A stretch of 64,000 bases of DNA from an uncultured Parvibaculaceae bacterium (GCA_965283695.1 CBDIPP010000015.1:155-64154), one strand, 5' to 3'. Counted from the stretch's first letter, positions 37,326-47,758 are shown. The notes: a model not told the origin generated them from the sequence alone. Numbers and translations are program-made.

Positions 37326-38870
37326 ATGGATCACAATATTGGGCTGATGCTCGAGAAACGCGCGCATCTGAACCCCAACCTGGAAGGTTGCTTTGAGACC
37401 GAAAGCGGTCGGCGCTTCACCTATGCTGAACTAAACGCCCGGTGCAATAAGACCGCCAACATGCTGTTGGAACAAGGGGCAAAGCCTGGTGATCGCGTTG
37501 CGTTGCTGATGATGAATGGCGTGGAGTTCATGGAGTCTTTTTTCGCGATCGCAAAAATCGGCGCCGTCTGCGTACCTCTCAACTGGCGCCTGACACCAGA
37601 TGAACTTTGCTTCATCCTGAAAGACAGTGGCGCCAAAACGCTCCTATTCAGCTCAGACTTTGCGGAAGCCGTTGAAGATATCCATGGTCGCGGTGGCGAT
37701 GCCACAGACATATCCCGCTGGATCAGCGTTGGCGAACGAACTGCAATCGCAGAAGACTATGATGCGTTGCATGAAGCCGCTGCTGACAGCCGACCCGCGA
37801 TTGGTGCAACCGAAGATGACATGCTTTTCATCATGTACACGTCCGGCACGACAGGCCTGCCCAAGGGGGCTGTTCATACACACAACTCAACCCTGTGGGG
37901 ATCGCTCACTGCCCTCGCGACAAGCGACATGCAGCAGAAAGACCGGTATCTGCTGGTGCTCCCTCTTTTCCATGTGGGTGCTCTCAATCCGCTCATCGCC
38001 TGCGTACATGGCGGCGGTACATCGGTCATCATGCGCGGCTTTGACCTGGACGCCATGTGGACCAACATTGAAGCTGAAAAGATCACGACGATGCTGGCAG
38101 TGCCCGCCATGCTGAACTTCATGCTCCTTTCTGGCGCAAAAGACACAAGCGATTATTCATCTCTGCGCTGGGTCATGAGCGGCGCGGCTCCAGTTCCTGT
38201 AACTCTGATTGAGACCTATGCAGGTATGGGGATCGAAATACATCAGGTTTACGGCCTGACCGAAACCTGCGGCCCTTCCTGCCTCATCTCACCAGATGAT
38301 GCGATTGCGAAAGCAGGTTCGACAGGCAAAGCCTTCTTCCACACCAATGTCCGTATTGTCGACAGTGACGGCAATGACGTCAAGGCTGGCGAAGTTGGGG
38401 AAGTCTTGGTCTCCGGCAAGCACATCATGAAGGAGTACTGGAATCGCACGGATGCTACCGCCGAAACCATCGTTGATGGATGGCTTCATACGGGCGATCT
38501 GGCGACCGTGGATGAGGAAGGGTTCGTCTACATCCAGGACCGCATTAAGGACATGATCATTTCCGGCGGGGAGAACATCTATCCGGCAGAAATCGAAAAT
38601 GTGCTTTTGGCCCATCCCAAAATTCAGGATTGCGCAGTTATCGGTCAGCAGAACCAGCAATGGGGCGAAGTTTGCCTTGCCGTTGTCGTTCGCGAAGATG
38701 ACAGCCTGACCGAAGCTGATGTCATGAAGCATTGTGACGGCAAACTCGCCCGGTACAAACTTCCCAAGGGTGTAGAATTTGTTGATGCCATCCCGAGGAA
38801 TCCCACAGGCAAGGCACTCAAACGCATACTGCGGGATCAATTCCCGGGCGAAGAAGCCAAAGCAAGCTGA
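37326..38870 (+). CDS. long-chain/medium-chain fatty acid-CoA ligase (AMP-binding)
   Basis: YTSGTTGLPKGA, GWLHTGDLA, and the C-terminal KLPKG..F....PRNPTGK. Confidence 0.9.
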   Translation: MDHNIGLMLEKRAHLNPNLEGCFETESGRRFTYAELNARCNKTANMLLEQGAKPGDRVALLMMNGVEFMESFFAIAKIGAVCVPLNWRLTPDELCFILKDSGAKTLLFSSDFAEAVEDIHGRGGDATDISRWISVGERTAIAEDYDALHEAAADSRPAIGATEDDMLFIMYTSGTTGLPKGAVHTHNSTLWGSLTALATSDMQQKDRYLLVLPLFHVGALNPLIACVHGGGTSVIMRGFDLDAMWTNIEAEKITTMLAVPAMLNFMLLSGAKDTSDYSSLRWVMSGAAPVPVTLIETYAGMGIEIHQVYGLTETCGPSCLISPDDAIAKAGSTGKAFFHTNVRIVDSDGNDVKAGEVGEVLVSGKHIMKEYWNRTDATAETIVDGWLHTGDLATVDEEGFVYIQDRIKDMIISGGENIYPAEIENVLLAHPKIQDCAVIGQQNQQWGEVCLAVVVREDDSLTEADVMKHCDGKLARYKLPKGVEFVDAIPRNPTGKALKRILRDQFPGEEAKAS

Positions 38871-38891
38871 AGTACACAGCTATCTTAATTC

Positions 38892-38926
38892 AGCCGGGCA
38901 CGCATGTTTCGTGTCCGGCTTTTTTC
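38892..38926 (+). terminator. rho-independent terminator after the acyl-CoA ligase gene
   Basis: AGCCGGGCACG-N7-CGTGTCCGGCT followed by TTTTT. Confidence 0.7.
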
Positions 38927-38934
38927 ATGCCGCT

Positions 38935-39912
38935 CTACATCCATTTGAGCCATCTGAAAAAAGTGTAGAGCCCGGTCGCTAAGGCGGCACTTGCCCCACA
39001 TACGATCCAAAAAGCATAAGGAGAGTGGACGCCGGGAATACCGCCTACATTGACGCCCAAAAGGCCGGTGAGGAATCCGAGCGGCAGAAAAACGGCAGCA
39101 ACGATCGAAAGAACCAACATATTGCTGTTCATTTCCTCAGCACGCGACGCCACCCAGGCATCGTTAATCACTGTGGCTCGCTCCCTGGCGGCATCAAGTT
39201 CATCCACTATCCGGACAGTCTGGTCTGATATCTCGCGTATCAAAAGCCGCTCCGCGTCTTTAAGTGGGGCCGCATCAGTTTGACTGACTCTCTCTAGCGC
39301 AGCCCGCTGTGGCGCAACATAGCGACGCACAACAATCAATTGACGTCTTAGTTCGCTGAGCGTTGTACGGCCAACCACTCCCCCACCCGACAGGTTTTCT
39401 TCCTCAAGTGCATCCAACTGTTCCACCAATTTCATAACCATGGTCTCAATCTTGACGGACATGCGATCAATCAATTCAAAAACAAACCGGCTGATTGTCG
39501 TCGGCGCATCTCCGAACGCACAGGACTCTGAAATTTCGTCAACTGACAAAACATGCCTGACTTGAACGCTGATAATTCTCTTAGGCTCAATCCAAAGACG
39601 AACGGAGACCATGTCATCCGGTTCAGCATGCGTATGCGTGTTCACGCCGCGCAAGACGAGGAGGAGACCTCCTGCCAATTTGCTGAGTCTTGGCTGGGTT
39701 TCAGGTGCCAGCAGTCCTTGAACGACAATGGGCGAGAGTCCCAGCTGACTAAAGACCTCAACGTCGTCGGACGGTTGGTGGTTTTGCACCCGTATCCATT
39801 GGTACTCGGTTTCTTTTTCAGCGTAAATGCCCGGCAAGCCCTCAACAAGTACAGCCTGTCCATCAGCCCCAATCGTGTAGGTGGAAATGGTGGTTTCACT
39901 CGGTGTTTTCAT
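38935..39912 (-). CDS. zntB: CorA-superfamily zinc transporter ZntB-like
   Basis: 325 aa with two C-terminal TM helices and the motif LLGVNVGGIPG. Confidence 0.8.
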   Translation of the reverse strand: MKTPSETTISTYTIGADGQAVLVEGLPGIYAEKETEYQWIRVQNHQPSDDVEVFSQLGLSPIVVQGLLAPETQPRLSKLAGGLLLVLRGVNTHTHAEPDDMVSVRLWIEPKRIISVQVRHVLSVDEISESCAFGDAPTTISRFVFELIDRMSVKIETMVMKLVEQLDALEEENLSGGGVVGRTTLSELRRQLIVVRRYVAPQRAALERVSQTDAAPLKDAERLLIREISDQTVRIVDELDAARERATVINDAWVASRAEEMNSNMLVLSIVAAVFLPLGFLTGLLGVNVGGIPGVHSPYAFWIVCGASAALATGLYTFFRWLKWM

Positions 39913-40072
39913 AGAGAGCCCCTGATCCCGCGACTCGCGTGAAATGTCGCAATCTTATACCTCTGAGACAAAGGAGTCCGAGTAGCTCTGATGTGCAATC
40001 TGACCCTAGGAATGCTAACCAATAATCACATTTTCGTTGCAGATTCGGTGCCGCGCCTGATCTGCAGGCCAA

Positions 40073-41587
40073 ATGCGGGGGGTGCGCGTGGCGAACAAGA
40101 AACTTGAAAACCGTTATGTCAACGATTTGCGCCGTCAGGAGTTTATCCTCGATTCAGCGCGCGGGTTCCGTATCCAGGCACTCCCAATAGTGCTGTCAGT
40201 GCTTTTCCTCGGCGCTATTGGTATCTCGGTGGCCTCTAGTTCTCTCATAGGGCCTCAGGGGGGCATCAACGCAACTCTGATCCTTGTCATGTCGGCGATC
40301 TTTGGCGGCTATATGGCGCTAAACATTGGTGCCAATGATGTGGCCAATAATATGGGCCCAGCTGTTGGCGGCAAAGTGCTCACCATCGGCGGCGCCGTTG
40401 CGATTGCAGTGGTCTGTGAGGCTGCAGGCGCCCTTCTCGCAGGCGGCGATGTGGTTAGCACGGTTGCCAAAGGCATTATCAGCCCAGAAGGGTCGGTCGA
40501 TGAAGGTGACTTCGTTCTCCTCATGATGAGCGCCCTCATTGCGGCAGCACTCTGGATCAATTTGGCAACAATATTAAACGCCCCTGTCTCCACGACACAC
40601 TCCATCGTCGGTGGTGTGCTGGGCGGCGGCATTGCTGCAGCTGGTCTAAGTGTCGTCAATTGGCCCACCATGGCCAGCATTGCTGCCAGCTGGGTTATCT
40701 CGCCAGTCCTTGGTGGTGTGATTGCCGCAGCGCTCCTGGCGTCCATCAAGGTCCTCATCCTCAACAAAGAGGACAAGCTCGCAGCAGCGCGGACATGGGT
40801 GCCGGTGTTGATCGCACTTATGGCAGCGACCTTTGCAGCTTACATGGCTCTCAAGGGGTTGAAACGGATTTGGAAACCCGGCCTGGAAGAGGTCCTTCTC
40901 GTCTCAGTCCTTGCCTTTGTCATCGCGGGCGTTCTGTCCATTCCTTATATCAAGCGTCTGTCGGCTGGACTGCGGAACAAGAAGAAAGACATTCCGCGCC
41001 TGTTTCATCTGCCGCTCATTCTTGGGGCGGCGCTTCTTTCCTTCGCTCACGGCGCTAACGACGTCGCAAATGCCGTTGGGCCGCTTGCCGCAATTGCCTC
41101 TGTTGTCACTGAAACATCTGGCTTGCAGTCAAAGGTCGCCATCCCCTTCTGGGTATTGGCAATCGGGGGCGTGGGGATCGCCATTGGCTTGGCGCTGTTT
41201 GGGCCCAAGCTTATTCGCACCGTCGGCGAAAAGATAACCCGCCTTAACGCCATAAGAGCCTATTGCGTCGCCCTCTCCGCCGCAGTTACGGTTTTGATTG
41301 CGACGAATATGGGCTTGCCGGTGAGCTCTACCCATATCGCCATCGGATCAATTTTTGGTGTGGGTTTCTTGCGTGAGTATCTGGAAAACCCAAAACGGAA
41401 AGGTGGGCGCCGCAAAGTTCTTCTGAGTGCGACGCCAGACGAAGCACTGCGGCAGCCTGCAATCCGCCAGAAGCGGAAGCTGGTGCGCCGGCGATTTGCT
41501 TATTCAATTGCTGCGGCATGGGTCATCACCGTTCCTGCAGCAGCAGCCCTGTCGGCAACGATCTATCTAATTTTGGCGATGCTGTGA
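40073..41587 (+). CDS. inorganic phosphate transporter, PiT family
   Basis: Duplicated GANDVAN signatures (IGANDVANNMGPAVG, HGANDVANAVGPLA). The start is uncertain (GTG 40073 or GTG 40088). Confidence 0.85.
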   Translation: MRGVRVANKKLENRYVNDLRRQEFILDSARGFRIQALPIVLSVLFLGAIGISVASSSLIGPQGGINATLILVMSAIFGGYMALNIGANDVANNMGPAVGGKVLTIGGAVAIAVVCEAAGALLAGGDVVSTVAKGIISPEGSVDEGDFVLLMMSALIAAALWINLATILNAPVSTTHSIVGGVLGGGIAAAGLSVVNWPTMASIAASWVISPVLGGVIAAALLASIKVLILNKEDKLAAARTWVPVLIALMAATFAAYMALKGLKRIWKPGLEEVLLVSVLAFVIAGVLSIPYIKRLSAGLRNKKKDIPRLFHLPLILGAALLSFAHGANDVANAVGPLAAIASVVTETSGLQSKVAIPFWVLAIGGVGIAIGLALFGPKLIRTVGEKITRLNAIRAYCVALSAAVTVLIATNMGLPVSSTHIAIGSIFGVGFLREYLENPKRKGGRRKVLLSATPDEALRQPAIRQKRKLVRRRFAYSIAAAWVITVPAAAALSATIYLILAML

Positions 41588-42003
41588 AGGTCGGGTAACA
41601 GCGTTTCAAAGCCTTCCAGAGCATTGTGGATATCGGGGCCGCCCGCAATTTTTCGTGCGTCCGACAAAGTCACCCAATGACGGTCTCTGTTTTTGCGCTC
41701 AGGCCAGTCGTCATGCTGCTCAGAAAAATGCAAAGGGATATAGGTGACGATCAAATCGCGTGGACCATCAGACAATTGTTTGACTGCCTGAACTTCGTGG
41801 GCAAACTGTTCCAGCATCCGGCCGCGGATACCTGCTTCCTCATAGGCTTCACGAAGTGCTGCCTCAGCTGCGGTCTCGCCTTCTTCCACGGCCCCTTTGG
41901 GAAATATCCAACGTTCGTGGGTGCGCGAAGTGATCATCAGAACCAACGGCTCTGTCTCACGAATGACAAACGGGATAGCGCCAACCTGGCGTAGCATGAC
42001 CAA
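41563..42003 (-). CDS. NUDIX hydrolase
   Basis: Nudix box GAVEEGETAAEAALREAYEEAGI. Confidence 0.85.
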   Translation of the reverse strand: MVMLRQVGAIPFVIRETEPLVLMITSRTHERWIFPKGAVEEGETAAEAALREAYEEAGIRGRMLEQFAHEVQAVKQLSDGPRDLIVTYIPLHFSEQHDDWPERKNRDRHWVTLSDARKIAGGPDIHNALEGFETLLPDLHSIAKIR

Positions 42004-42148
42004 CTCCTAGATTGCAGAATTTTGCAAAACCTTACTCACTATGCGTGCATTCTCTGCGGATTCGGCACCAATGCCAAGAGCAGTACCATTTGACCCTCTG
42101 GCCCCACTCCTGACAGGAACCGTCAGGAGGACATGGTAGAGTCTCAAC

Positions 42149-42613
42149 GTGACGGATATGAGACGGGATGCCCACAAAATGACGAGAAATTCTCAAATCC
42201 CATTTGAAGCCGATAGCGTGGCGGGTGTGTTCGATACCTATCAGGGCAAAACCCGCCAGAAACTTCTGGCGCTTCGCAGTTTGATCTTCCAGACGGCTGC
42301 CAAGACTGAAGGCGTTGGAGACCTGCAGGAGACACTCAAATGGGGACAGCCCAGCTACCTGACGCCGGAAACAAAAAGCGGCACGACTGTTCGGATTGAT
42401 GCGATCAAGGATGATCCAGACCATGTGGCAATCTATTTCCATTGCCAGACGAACCTGGTCCCCACCTTCCGCGATATGTATGGCGACAAGCTGACTTTTG
42501 AGGGCAACCGGGCACTTGTGCTCGATGTACGGAAGAAGCTACCGGAGAAAGAACTACGGCACTGCCTCGCCAGCGCCCTCACCTATCATCTGGCAAAGAA
42601 AAAGAAGGTGTAG
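42149..42613 (+). CDS. DUF1801 (YdhG-like) domain protein
   Basis: LKWGQPSY... motif typical of DUF1801. The start is uncertain. Confidence 0.6.
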   Translation: MTDMRRDAHKMTRNSQIPFEADSVAGVFDTYQGKTRQKLLALRSLIFQTAAKTEGVGDLQETLKWGQPSYLTPETKSGTTVRIDAIKDDPDHVAIYFHCQTNLVPTFRDMYGDKLTFEGNRALVLDVRKKLPEKELRHCLASALTYHLAKKKKV

Positions 42614-42631
42614 GTGCCAATCAGGCGGCTT

Positions 42632-43189
42632 CTACCCTTGCTTCTCGCTTTTCCAGAATTGCAGCATGCGCCCCGTAACACCGTCGCGGACAATAATCAG
42701 ATGATACAGAGCCGCGACTATATGTAGGCCGATCAACGCGATGATCAGGTTGGTCGTCAGTTCGTGAAATCCACGAATGTAAAGGAATGTGGCTTCTGCC
42801 CCGGTGCCGTCTCCATAAGCGAACAGGCCGAAAGGTGTCACAAGAGTATCCGCATTGACTGCGCTCAGAATGCCTGTCGCGATCAGTACACCGATCAAGC
42901 CATAGAGCAACCAATGCGCTGCGTGTGCGAACAGCCTTTGGTAGCCCGGCATTTCAGACGGAAGCGGCGGTGCACCATGTTTCCATCGCAGATAGATGCG
43001 AATGCAAAACAGGACGGCCACGATGGTTCCGAGCGTTGCATGATCGGAGCGTGACTCGAAACGATCAAGTTCCGTCATGACGCCGCCAAACTTCTGCGCG
43101 ATGTAAAGATCAAGCATGATCGCAATAGCCATCAGCCAGTGAATGATTTTCTGGCCAACCGCAAAATCGTTTCTTTGTACCTGCGCCAT
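42632..43189 (-). CDS. cytochrome b561 family protein
   Basis: 185 aa from ATG 43189 (AGGAGGG SD) with four TM helices and conserved His (IIHWLMA, HATLG, HAAHWLLY, HIVAALYH). The ORF-track extension to 43441 was discarded. Confidence 0.8.
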   Translation of the reverse strand: MAQVQRNDFAVGQKIIHWLMAIAIMLDLYIAQKFGGVMTELDRFESRSDHATLGTIVAVLFCIRIYLRWKHGAPPLPSEMPGYQRLFAHAAHWLLYGLIGVLIATGILSAVNADTLVTPFGLFAYGDGTGAEATFLYIRGFHELTTNLIIALIGLHIVAALYHLIIVRDGVTGRMLQFWKSEKQG

Positions 43190-43259
43190 GGTCAATCGCC
43201 CTCCTGAATTGGCTCTCTTGCTGCGCTTTATCCCGCAGCAGCCGTCATGATTATTATTT

Positions 43260-43304
43260 ATGTCACTTGACATATTTATTGACCTTTTATATGTCAAGTG
43301 ACAT
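43260..43304. promoter_or_regulatory. paired palindromic operators with embedded divergent promoters (likely TetR site)
   Basis: Perfect 16-bp inverted repeat ATGTCACTTGACATAT ... ATATGTCAAGTGACAT with a 13-bp spacer. Each arm is itself a TGTCA-N2-TGACA palindrome. TTGACA-N17-TATGTC can be read on both strands. Confidence 0.6.
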
Positions 43305-43938
43305 GAGCACAAATATTTCAACGGCAACCCCAGCAAAGCGCCGTCAACAGCAGCGGGCGGCAGAAACCCGAGATTCCCTGCTGGATGTCGCAACTGAGGC
43401 GTTTGCCTCTCACACCTATGACGGTGTCTCAGTGCGCGCACTTGAATCCAGTGCTGATGTCCAGCGAGGCGCCGCCGCCTACCACTTCACCGACAAAGAA
43501 GGTCTCTGGAAAGCGACGGTTGATCGGATCCTGGCTGTGCTGCAAGCGCGCGTGGAGCCCCTCGCGCCGGTGCTGAATGACCTTGATGAAGATGGGCGCC
43601 TTAGAGCGGTCATCACGGCATTTGTGCGGTTTAGTGCCGAAGCCCCTGAACTCAACCGATTGATCATTCAGGAAGGACGCACCGACAGTTGGCGTCTCGA
43701 CTACTTGGTTTCCACATTCCACCGCAATCGATTGGCGTGGTTGCAGGACTTTGTCGGGATCGTGAAAGACCCGCATCTTTTTTATATGACGGTCGGTGCT
43801 GCCACGCTGGTTTTCAATGTGGAGCATGAATGCCGCGAGCTCTTTGGCGTAGACCCAATGAAGGATGACTTCATTCGAGAACATGCCAGCCGTGTCGCCG
43901 ATATGGCTGTCTATCTGCACAACCAGCAAAAGGCTTAG
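43303..43938 (+). CDS. TetR/AcrR family transcriptional regulator
   Basis: N-terminal HTH (YDGVSVRALESSADVQRGAAAYHFTDKEGL). ATG 43303 lies inside the right operator arm. Confidence 0.85.
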   Translation: MSTNISTATPAKRRQQQRAAETRDSLLDVATEAFASHTYDGVSVRALESSADVQRGAAAYHFTDKEGLWKATVDRILAVLQARVEPLAPVLNDLDEDGRLRAVITAFVRFSAEAPELNRLIIQEGRTDSWRLDYLVSTFHRNRLAWLQDFVGIVKDPHLFYMTVGAATLVFNVEHECRELFGVDPMKDDFIREHASRVADMAVYLHNQQKA

Positions 43939-43946
43939 ATTCCATA

Positions 43947-44780
43947 ATGGGCAAGTCAAAAAAGAAACCCACGACCGTACTTGTATGTGGCGCGTCAGGT
44001 GGCCTTGGCACCGTGCTCGCCCGCACGCTTCAAGACAAAGGCATGACTGTGCGGGGAACCATGCGTGATCCCTCCAAATCGAACACTCCGGACATCGACA
44101 TGCTGGCAATGAATGTGCTCGACGAGCAATCCGTGATCGATTGCCTTGCGGCGGCAAAAGAGACCATGGGCAGTGTCGACGTGGTGGTCAATTGCGTCAA
44201 TGAGATGGTTCTCGGCTCTGTCGAAGAAACCTCCATGGAGGAACTGGCCCGCGTCTATGACATTAATGTTCTTGGGCTTGCCTCTGTAGCACGCGCCGCT
44301 GTTCCAATCATGCGGGCACAGGGTCATGGACTTATCATCTCCATGAGTTCGCTCGGCGGCCTGTTGGCCGTTCCCTATCTCAGTGCTTACACGTCCTCGA
44401 AGTTCGCTCTCGAGGCGTTCAGCGAAGCGCTCTATCACGAGGTTAAAGCTGATAAAATTGATGTCGCGATCATGCAGCCGGTCGCCATGCATATGGACCG
44501 GGCGGATGTTGGCGACCATTTGAAAGTTGCAAAGGGCGCTCCGGGAACATCAACAACCCAAGACATTGTGCGGATGATGGCGAAGGATACACGGGAGAGT
44601 AAACTCACACCTGAGAAAGTCTCACTTGCCATCTACGATGTCATCAAAAGCAAAAACCGCAAGCTGCGCTACCCGCTTGACCGCGCGCGTGTCCTCGGGA
44701 AGGTCAAGCGCATCGCGCCCCAATCGCTCATCAGCAAAATGATTGATGGATTGGTGCGCGATGCTCAAAAGGCATCATAG
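43947..44780 (+). CDS. SDR family oxidoreductase
   Basis: CGASGGLG and the catalytic YTSSKFA. It lies 8 nt after the TetR stop. Confidence 0.85.
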   Translation: MGKSKKKPTTVLVCGASGGLGTVLARTLQDKGMTVRGTMRDPSKSNTPDIDMLAMNVLDEQSVIDCLAAAKETMGSVDVVVNCVNEMVLGSVEETSMEELARVYDINVLGLASVARAAVPIMRAQGHGLIISMSSLGGLLAVPYLSAYTSSKFALEAFSEALYHEVKADKIDVAIMQPVAMHMDRADVGDHLKVAKGAPGTSTTQDIVRMMAKDTRESKLTPEKVSLAIYDVIKSKNRKLRYPLDRARVLGKVKRIAPQSLISKMIDGLVRDAQKAS

Positions 44781-44792
44781 AGATCGGCAGGG

Positions 44793-46535
44793 TTACTCAG
44801 CGGCTGCGCGCGTCTCGACCGTTTGCGGCCCACGGATGAGGCCACCTGGACGCTTGTCTGTCACGACGCCGCCTTTGAAGGTCACCTGCCCTGACTTGAT
44901 CGTGTAGTCATAGCCTTCTGCCTTCTGAAGCAAGCGCTTCCCACCTGCGGGCAGATCAAAGGCCAGCCATGGCTTGCCAAGCTTGATCCGGTCCATGTCG
45001 ACCACGTTCACGTCTGCCAGGTAGCCGGGCTTCAGAACACCACGGTCATTCAAACCATAGAGACGGGCTGTATCGAGACACTGGCGTTTGATCGCATTCT
45101 CCAGCGCAATGGTTCCGCGTTCGCGGTTCTTCACCCAGTGTTCCAACATGAATGTGGGGCTCGCCGCATCGCAAATGGTGCCACAATGAGCACCACCGTC
45201 AGACAGGCTGTTCACGGTGTCGTCTGCATGTTGCAGGTCCACAAGGAAATCCAAATTGCCATCCACATAGTTCAGGATTGGCAGATAGATAAAGCCCTTG
45301 CCGTCATCAGCCATCATCATGTCATAGGCGTATTCGGCGCCGGACTTGCCTGCGGCTTTAGCACGGGCTGCGACACTCTCGTCCACCTGTGGTTCGTAGT
45401 TAAAGTCTTCGTCCATCTCGAACTGCTGTGCCCAGCCTTCGGTGATGATTGCAAAGATTTCGCCCAGGTCCACATTCTCTGGAACCATTGGCTTTTCGCT
45501 CAATAGTTGCGCCTTGAACGCCGGATCTTTGAGTTTTGCGTATTGCTCTTCCCAGGGGAGAAGGCTTATCGCGCCCCAGCTAGGATGAGAAATGAACGGA
45601 TGCACCGTGCCGCGCCAAGCCATGACAATACCGTTTCCGCGCAGTGCGATCTGAGCAACAATATTTGCTCCATTGTCATTTTGTGCACGCATCTCGGAAA
45701 TCTGCTCTTCCAATGGCAAAGCTTTCGCAGGCGACTGCAGCGCAGCGAAGGTGACGGGCATACCGGTTTCGCGGCTCAGGTCTCCCATCCACTCAAACTC
45801 TTTCCATTCCGGCTGAAGGTCTGAGGCCATCTCAAAAACACCGTGGCCCGCCCGGCCCATAGCCCGGCCAATGCCGATCAGTTCTTCTTTTGTGGCCGTG
45901 GTACCGGGCACCAGCTCCCCATCAACAGAACGGTGAAGAATGGTGCGCGATGTTGAGAAGCCGAGTGCGCCTGCTTTCAGGCCATCTTCTACAATCTTCG
46001 ACATCTGTTCGACATCTTCGTCTGTCGGAACAGCACCGGGCCGTTCCCGCTCTCCAAGAACGTAAGCACGAACTGCGCCGTGAGGTACGTGCGTTGCAAC
46101 GTCCACAGTGCGAGGCAGACCTTCAAGTGCGTCAAGGTATTCAGGGAATGTTTCCCAATTCCACGGCAGGCCTTCGGCGAGTGCAGTGCCTGGAATGTCT
46201 TCCACGCCTTCCATGAGACCGATCAGCCAGTCATGCTTGTCGGGCTTAGCGGGCGCAAAGCCGACACCGCAATTGCCCATGACAACCGTCGTTACGCCGT
46301 GCCAGCTGGACGGCGCCATTTCATCATCCCAGGTTGCCTGACCGTCATAGTGGGTGTGCACATCAACAAATCCGGGCGTCACAATCTTGCCGGTCGCATT
46401 AATCTCTTCGCGACCCTCTGCTTTCACATCGCCCACGAGCGTTACACGGTCACCGTCAATTGCCACATCGCCCACGAATGAGGCCGACCCTGTTCCATCG
46501 ACAATCGTACCGCCTCGAATTACCAGATCATGCAT
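44793..46535 (-). CDS. N-acyl-D-amino-acid deacylase (D-aminoacylase) family amidohydrolase
   Basis: MHDLVIRGGTIVDGTG..., PGFVDVHTHYDG. 580 aa. Confidence 0.85.
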   Translation of the reverse strand: MHDLVIRGGTIVDGTGSASFVGDVAIDGDRVTLVGDVKAEGREEINATGKIVTPGFVDVHTHYDGQATWDDEMAPSSWHGVTTVVMGNCGVGFAPAKPDKHDWLIGLMEGVEDIPGTALAEGLPWNWETFPEYLDALEGLPRTVDVATHVPHGAVRAYVLGERERPGAVPTDEDVEQMSKIVEDGLKAGALGFSTSRTILHRSVDGELVPGTTATKEELIGIGRAMGRAGHGVFEMASDLQPEWKEFEWMGDLSRETGMPVTFAALQSPAKALPLEEQISEMRAQNDNGANIVAQIALRGNGIVMAWRGTVHPFISHPSWGAISLLPWEEQYAKLKDPAFKAQLLSEKPMVPENVDLGEIFAIITEGWAQQFEMDEDFNYEPQVDESVAARAKAAGKSGAEYAYDMMMADDGKGFIYLPILNYVDGNLDFLVDLQHADDTVNSLSDGGAHCGTICDAASPTFMLEHWVKNRERGTIALENAIKRQCLDTARLYGLNDRGVLKPGYLADVNVVDMDRIKLGKPWLAFDLPAGGKRLLQKAEGYDYTIKSGQVTFKGGVVTDKRPGGLIRGPQTVETRAAAE

Positions 46536-46705
46536 TGTGCTTCTCCTCCAAATGACTAATTGTCATCAGGGTATCAGGTTCAGCGAACGGATCAAATTTG
46601 TTGACTGGCCCAAAGCGCGCAATCTGACAGGGACATTGTCCTTCATTGGCTGGCGTGTTTTTGACCCTGCAGAAAATTGGGGGGGTTCCGGGCGAATGCC
46701 CGGCC

Positions 46706-47758
46706 TTAATCTTCCATATGGCTGATCCATTCGCGGATCAGCGCAAGACCTTCTTCATGCACGAGGCTGCGTCCCGTTTCCGGCATCATGATGCCCGGGT
46801 CCGTTGAGGCCATGCGGAAATGCAAAATGGACTCGTCTGGATTGCCGGGCGCAATGTCGAACTCGAAACCACCCGACCCTCGTCCCGCGGCAACAGGACG
46901 TTTCAGAACACCGAGGCGCGAGGGATCATCCTCTTCCCATGTGAGAAAGAGACCGGAGGTCTTTCCCGGACCTTCGTCTGAATGGCAATGCGCACAATTC
47001 ATATCGAGATAGGCCCGGGCGCGCTCATTGAGGGATACCTGATCTTCGTCAAGCCAGTCCGCAATGCGTGGGAGGCTTGCAGGATCGTCCGGCAAGGCAG
47101 ACAACAGACCAGCGCTCGCCCAGTGGGTCAGCTGGTTTTCCGTCCCGGCCGCATAGTCAAATTCGTGATTGAGGTTCCGTACCTTGGGGCCAATGGGTAC
47201 GAACTCTCCGCCGGTCACATGACAGCCCTTGCACTGGTTCACATTGGGTACCGCATAACGGATCGGCAGCACCGTGCCATCCTCCTGCACCCAATCAACG
47301 GTGAGGCGTTTGCCTGCGCGCTTCAACACGGCGTCCGTGTCGTCTTCATTCCAGACATAGGGAAGCGCCACCCATCCATCGGCTTGATGGATGAGCAATC
47401 TCGTTTCAATCAGGTTGAGGCCGTGCGCTGCCGATACTGACGTATCGGGATAGGCGAATGTTTTAACGAGGATCGTGCCGACAGGATAGTCCGGCAGACC
47501 GGCCCCCTGATAGGTCGCCGCCTCCCCTTCCGGCAGAGAGACAAACCGCATCTTCTCTGCGTAGTCGGTAAAGAGCGGTGTGATGAGATCGTAGGGCACA
47601 ACACCCTCCGCCGGTACCTGCTCGCTTAAGTCAGCAAACAAGCCATAGTCCGACAGAAGTTTGGCGGGCTTCTCCGCCAGCGCCACCGTTCGGTCCACTG
47701 CCCCTGCCGCCGTCACCCAGCCGAGACACAGGACAAGCCCGAGAAGCAGAAGCTTCAC
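46706..47758 (-). CDS. exported dihaem c-type cytochrome (HNE_0200 / SO2930-like family)
   Basis: Signal peptide MKLLLLGLVLCLGWVTAAGA and two CxxCH motifs (CKGCH, CAHCH). The GTG start overlaps the stop of the upstream gene (GTGA). Confidence 0.75.
   Translation of the reverse strand: MKLLLLGLVLCLGWVTAAGAVDRTVALAEKPAKLLSDYGLFADLSEQVPAEGVVPYDLITPLFTDYAEKMRFVSLPEGEAATYQGAGLPDYPVGTILVKTFAYPDTSVSAAHGLNLIETRLLIHQADGWVALPYVWNEDDTDAVLKRAGKRLTVDWVQEDGTVLPIRYAVPNVNQCKGCHVTGGEFVPIGPKVRNLNHEFDYAAGTENQLTHWASAGLLSALPDDPASLPRIADWLDEDQVSLNERARAYLDMNCAHCHSDEGPGKTSGLFLTWEEDDPSRLGVLKRPVAAGRGSGGFEFDIAPGNPDESILHFRMASTDPGIMMPETGRSLVHEEGLALIREWISHMED

Noticed and set aside
39913-40072. Pho box upstream of the PiT phosphate transporter
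   Set aside because: I found only a single TGTC-containing half-site and no tandem CTGTCAT-N4-CTGTCAT arrangement.
41563-41587. 25-bp convergent overlap between the PiT and NUDIX genes
   Set aside because: This is an ordinary 3'-3' overlap. The hydrophobic PiT C-terminus and the NUDIX C-terminus both look genuine, so no special mechanism is implied.
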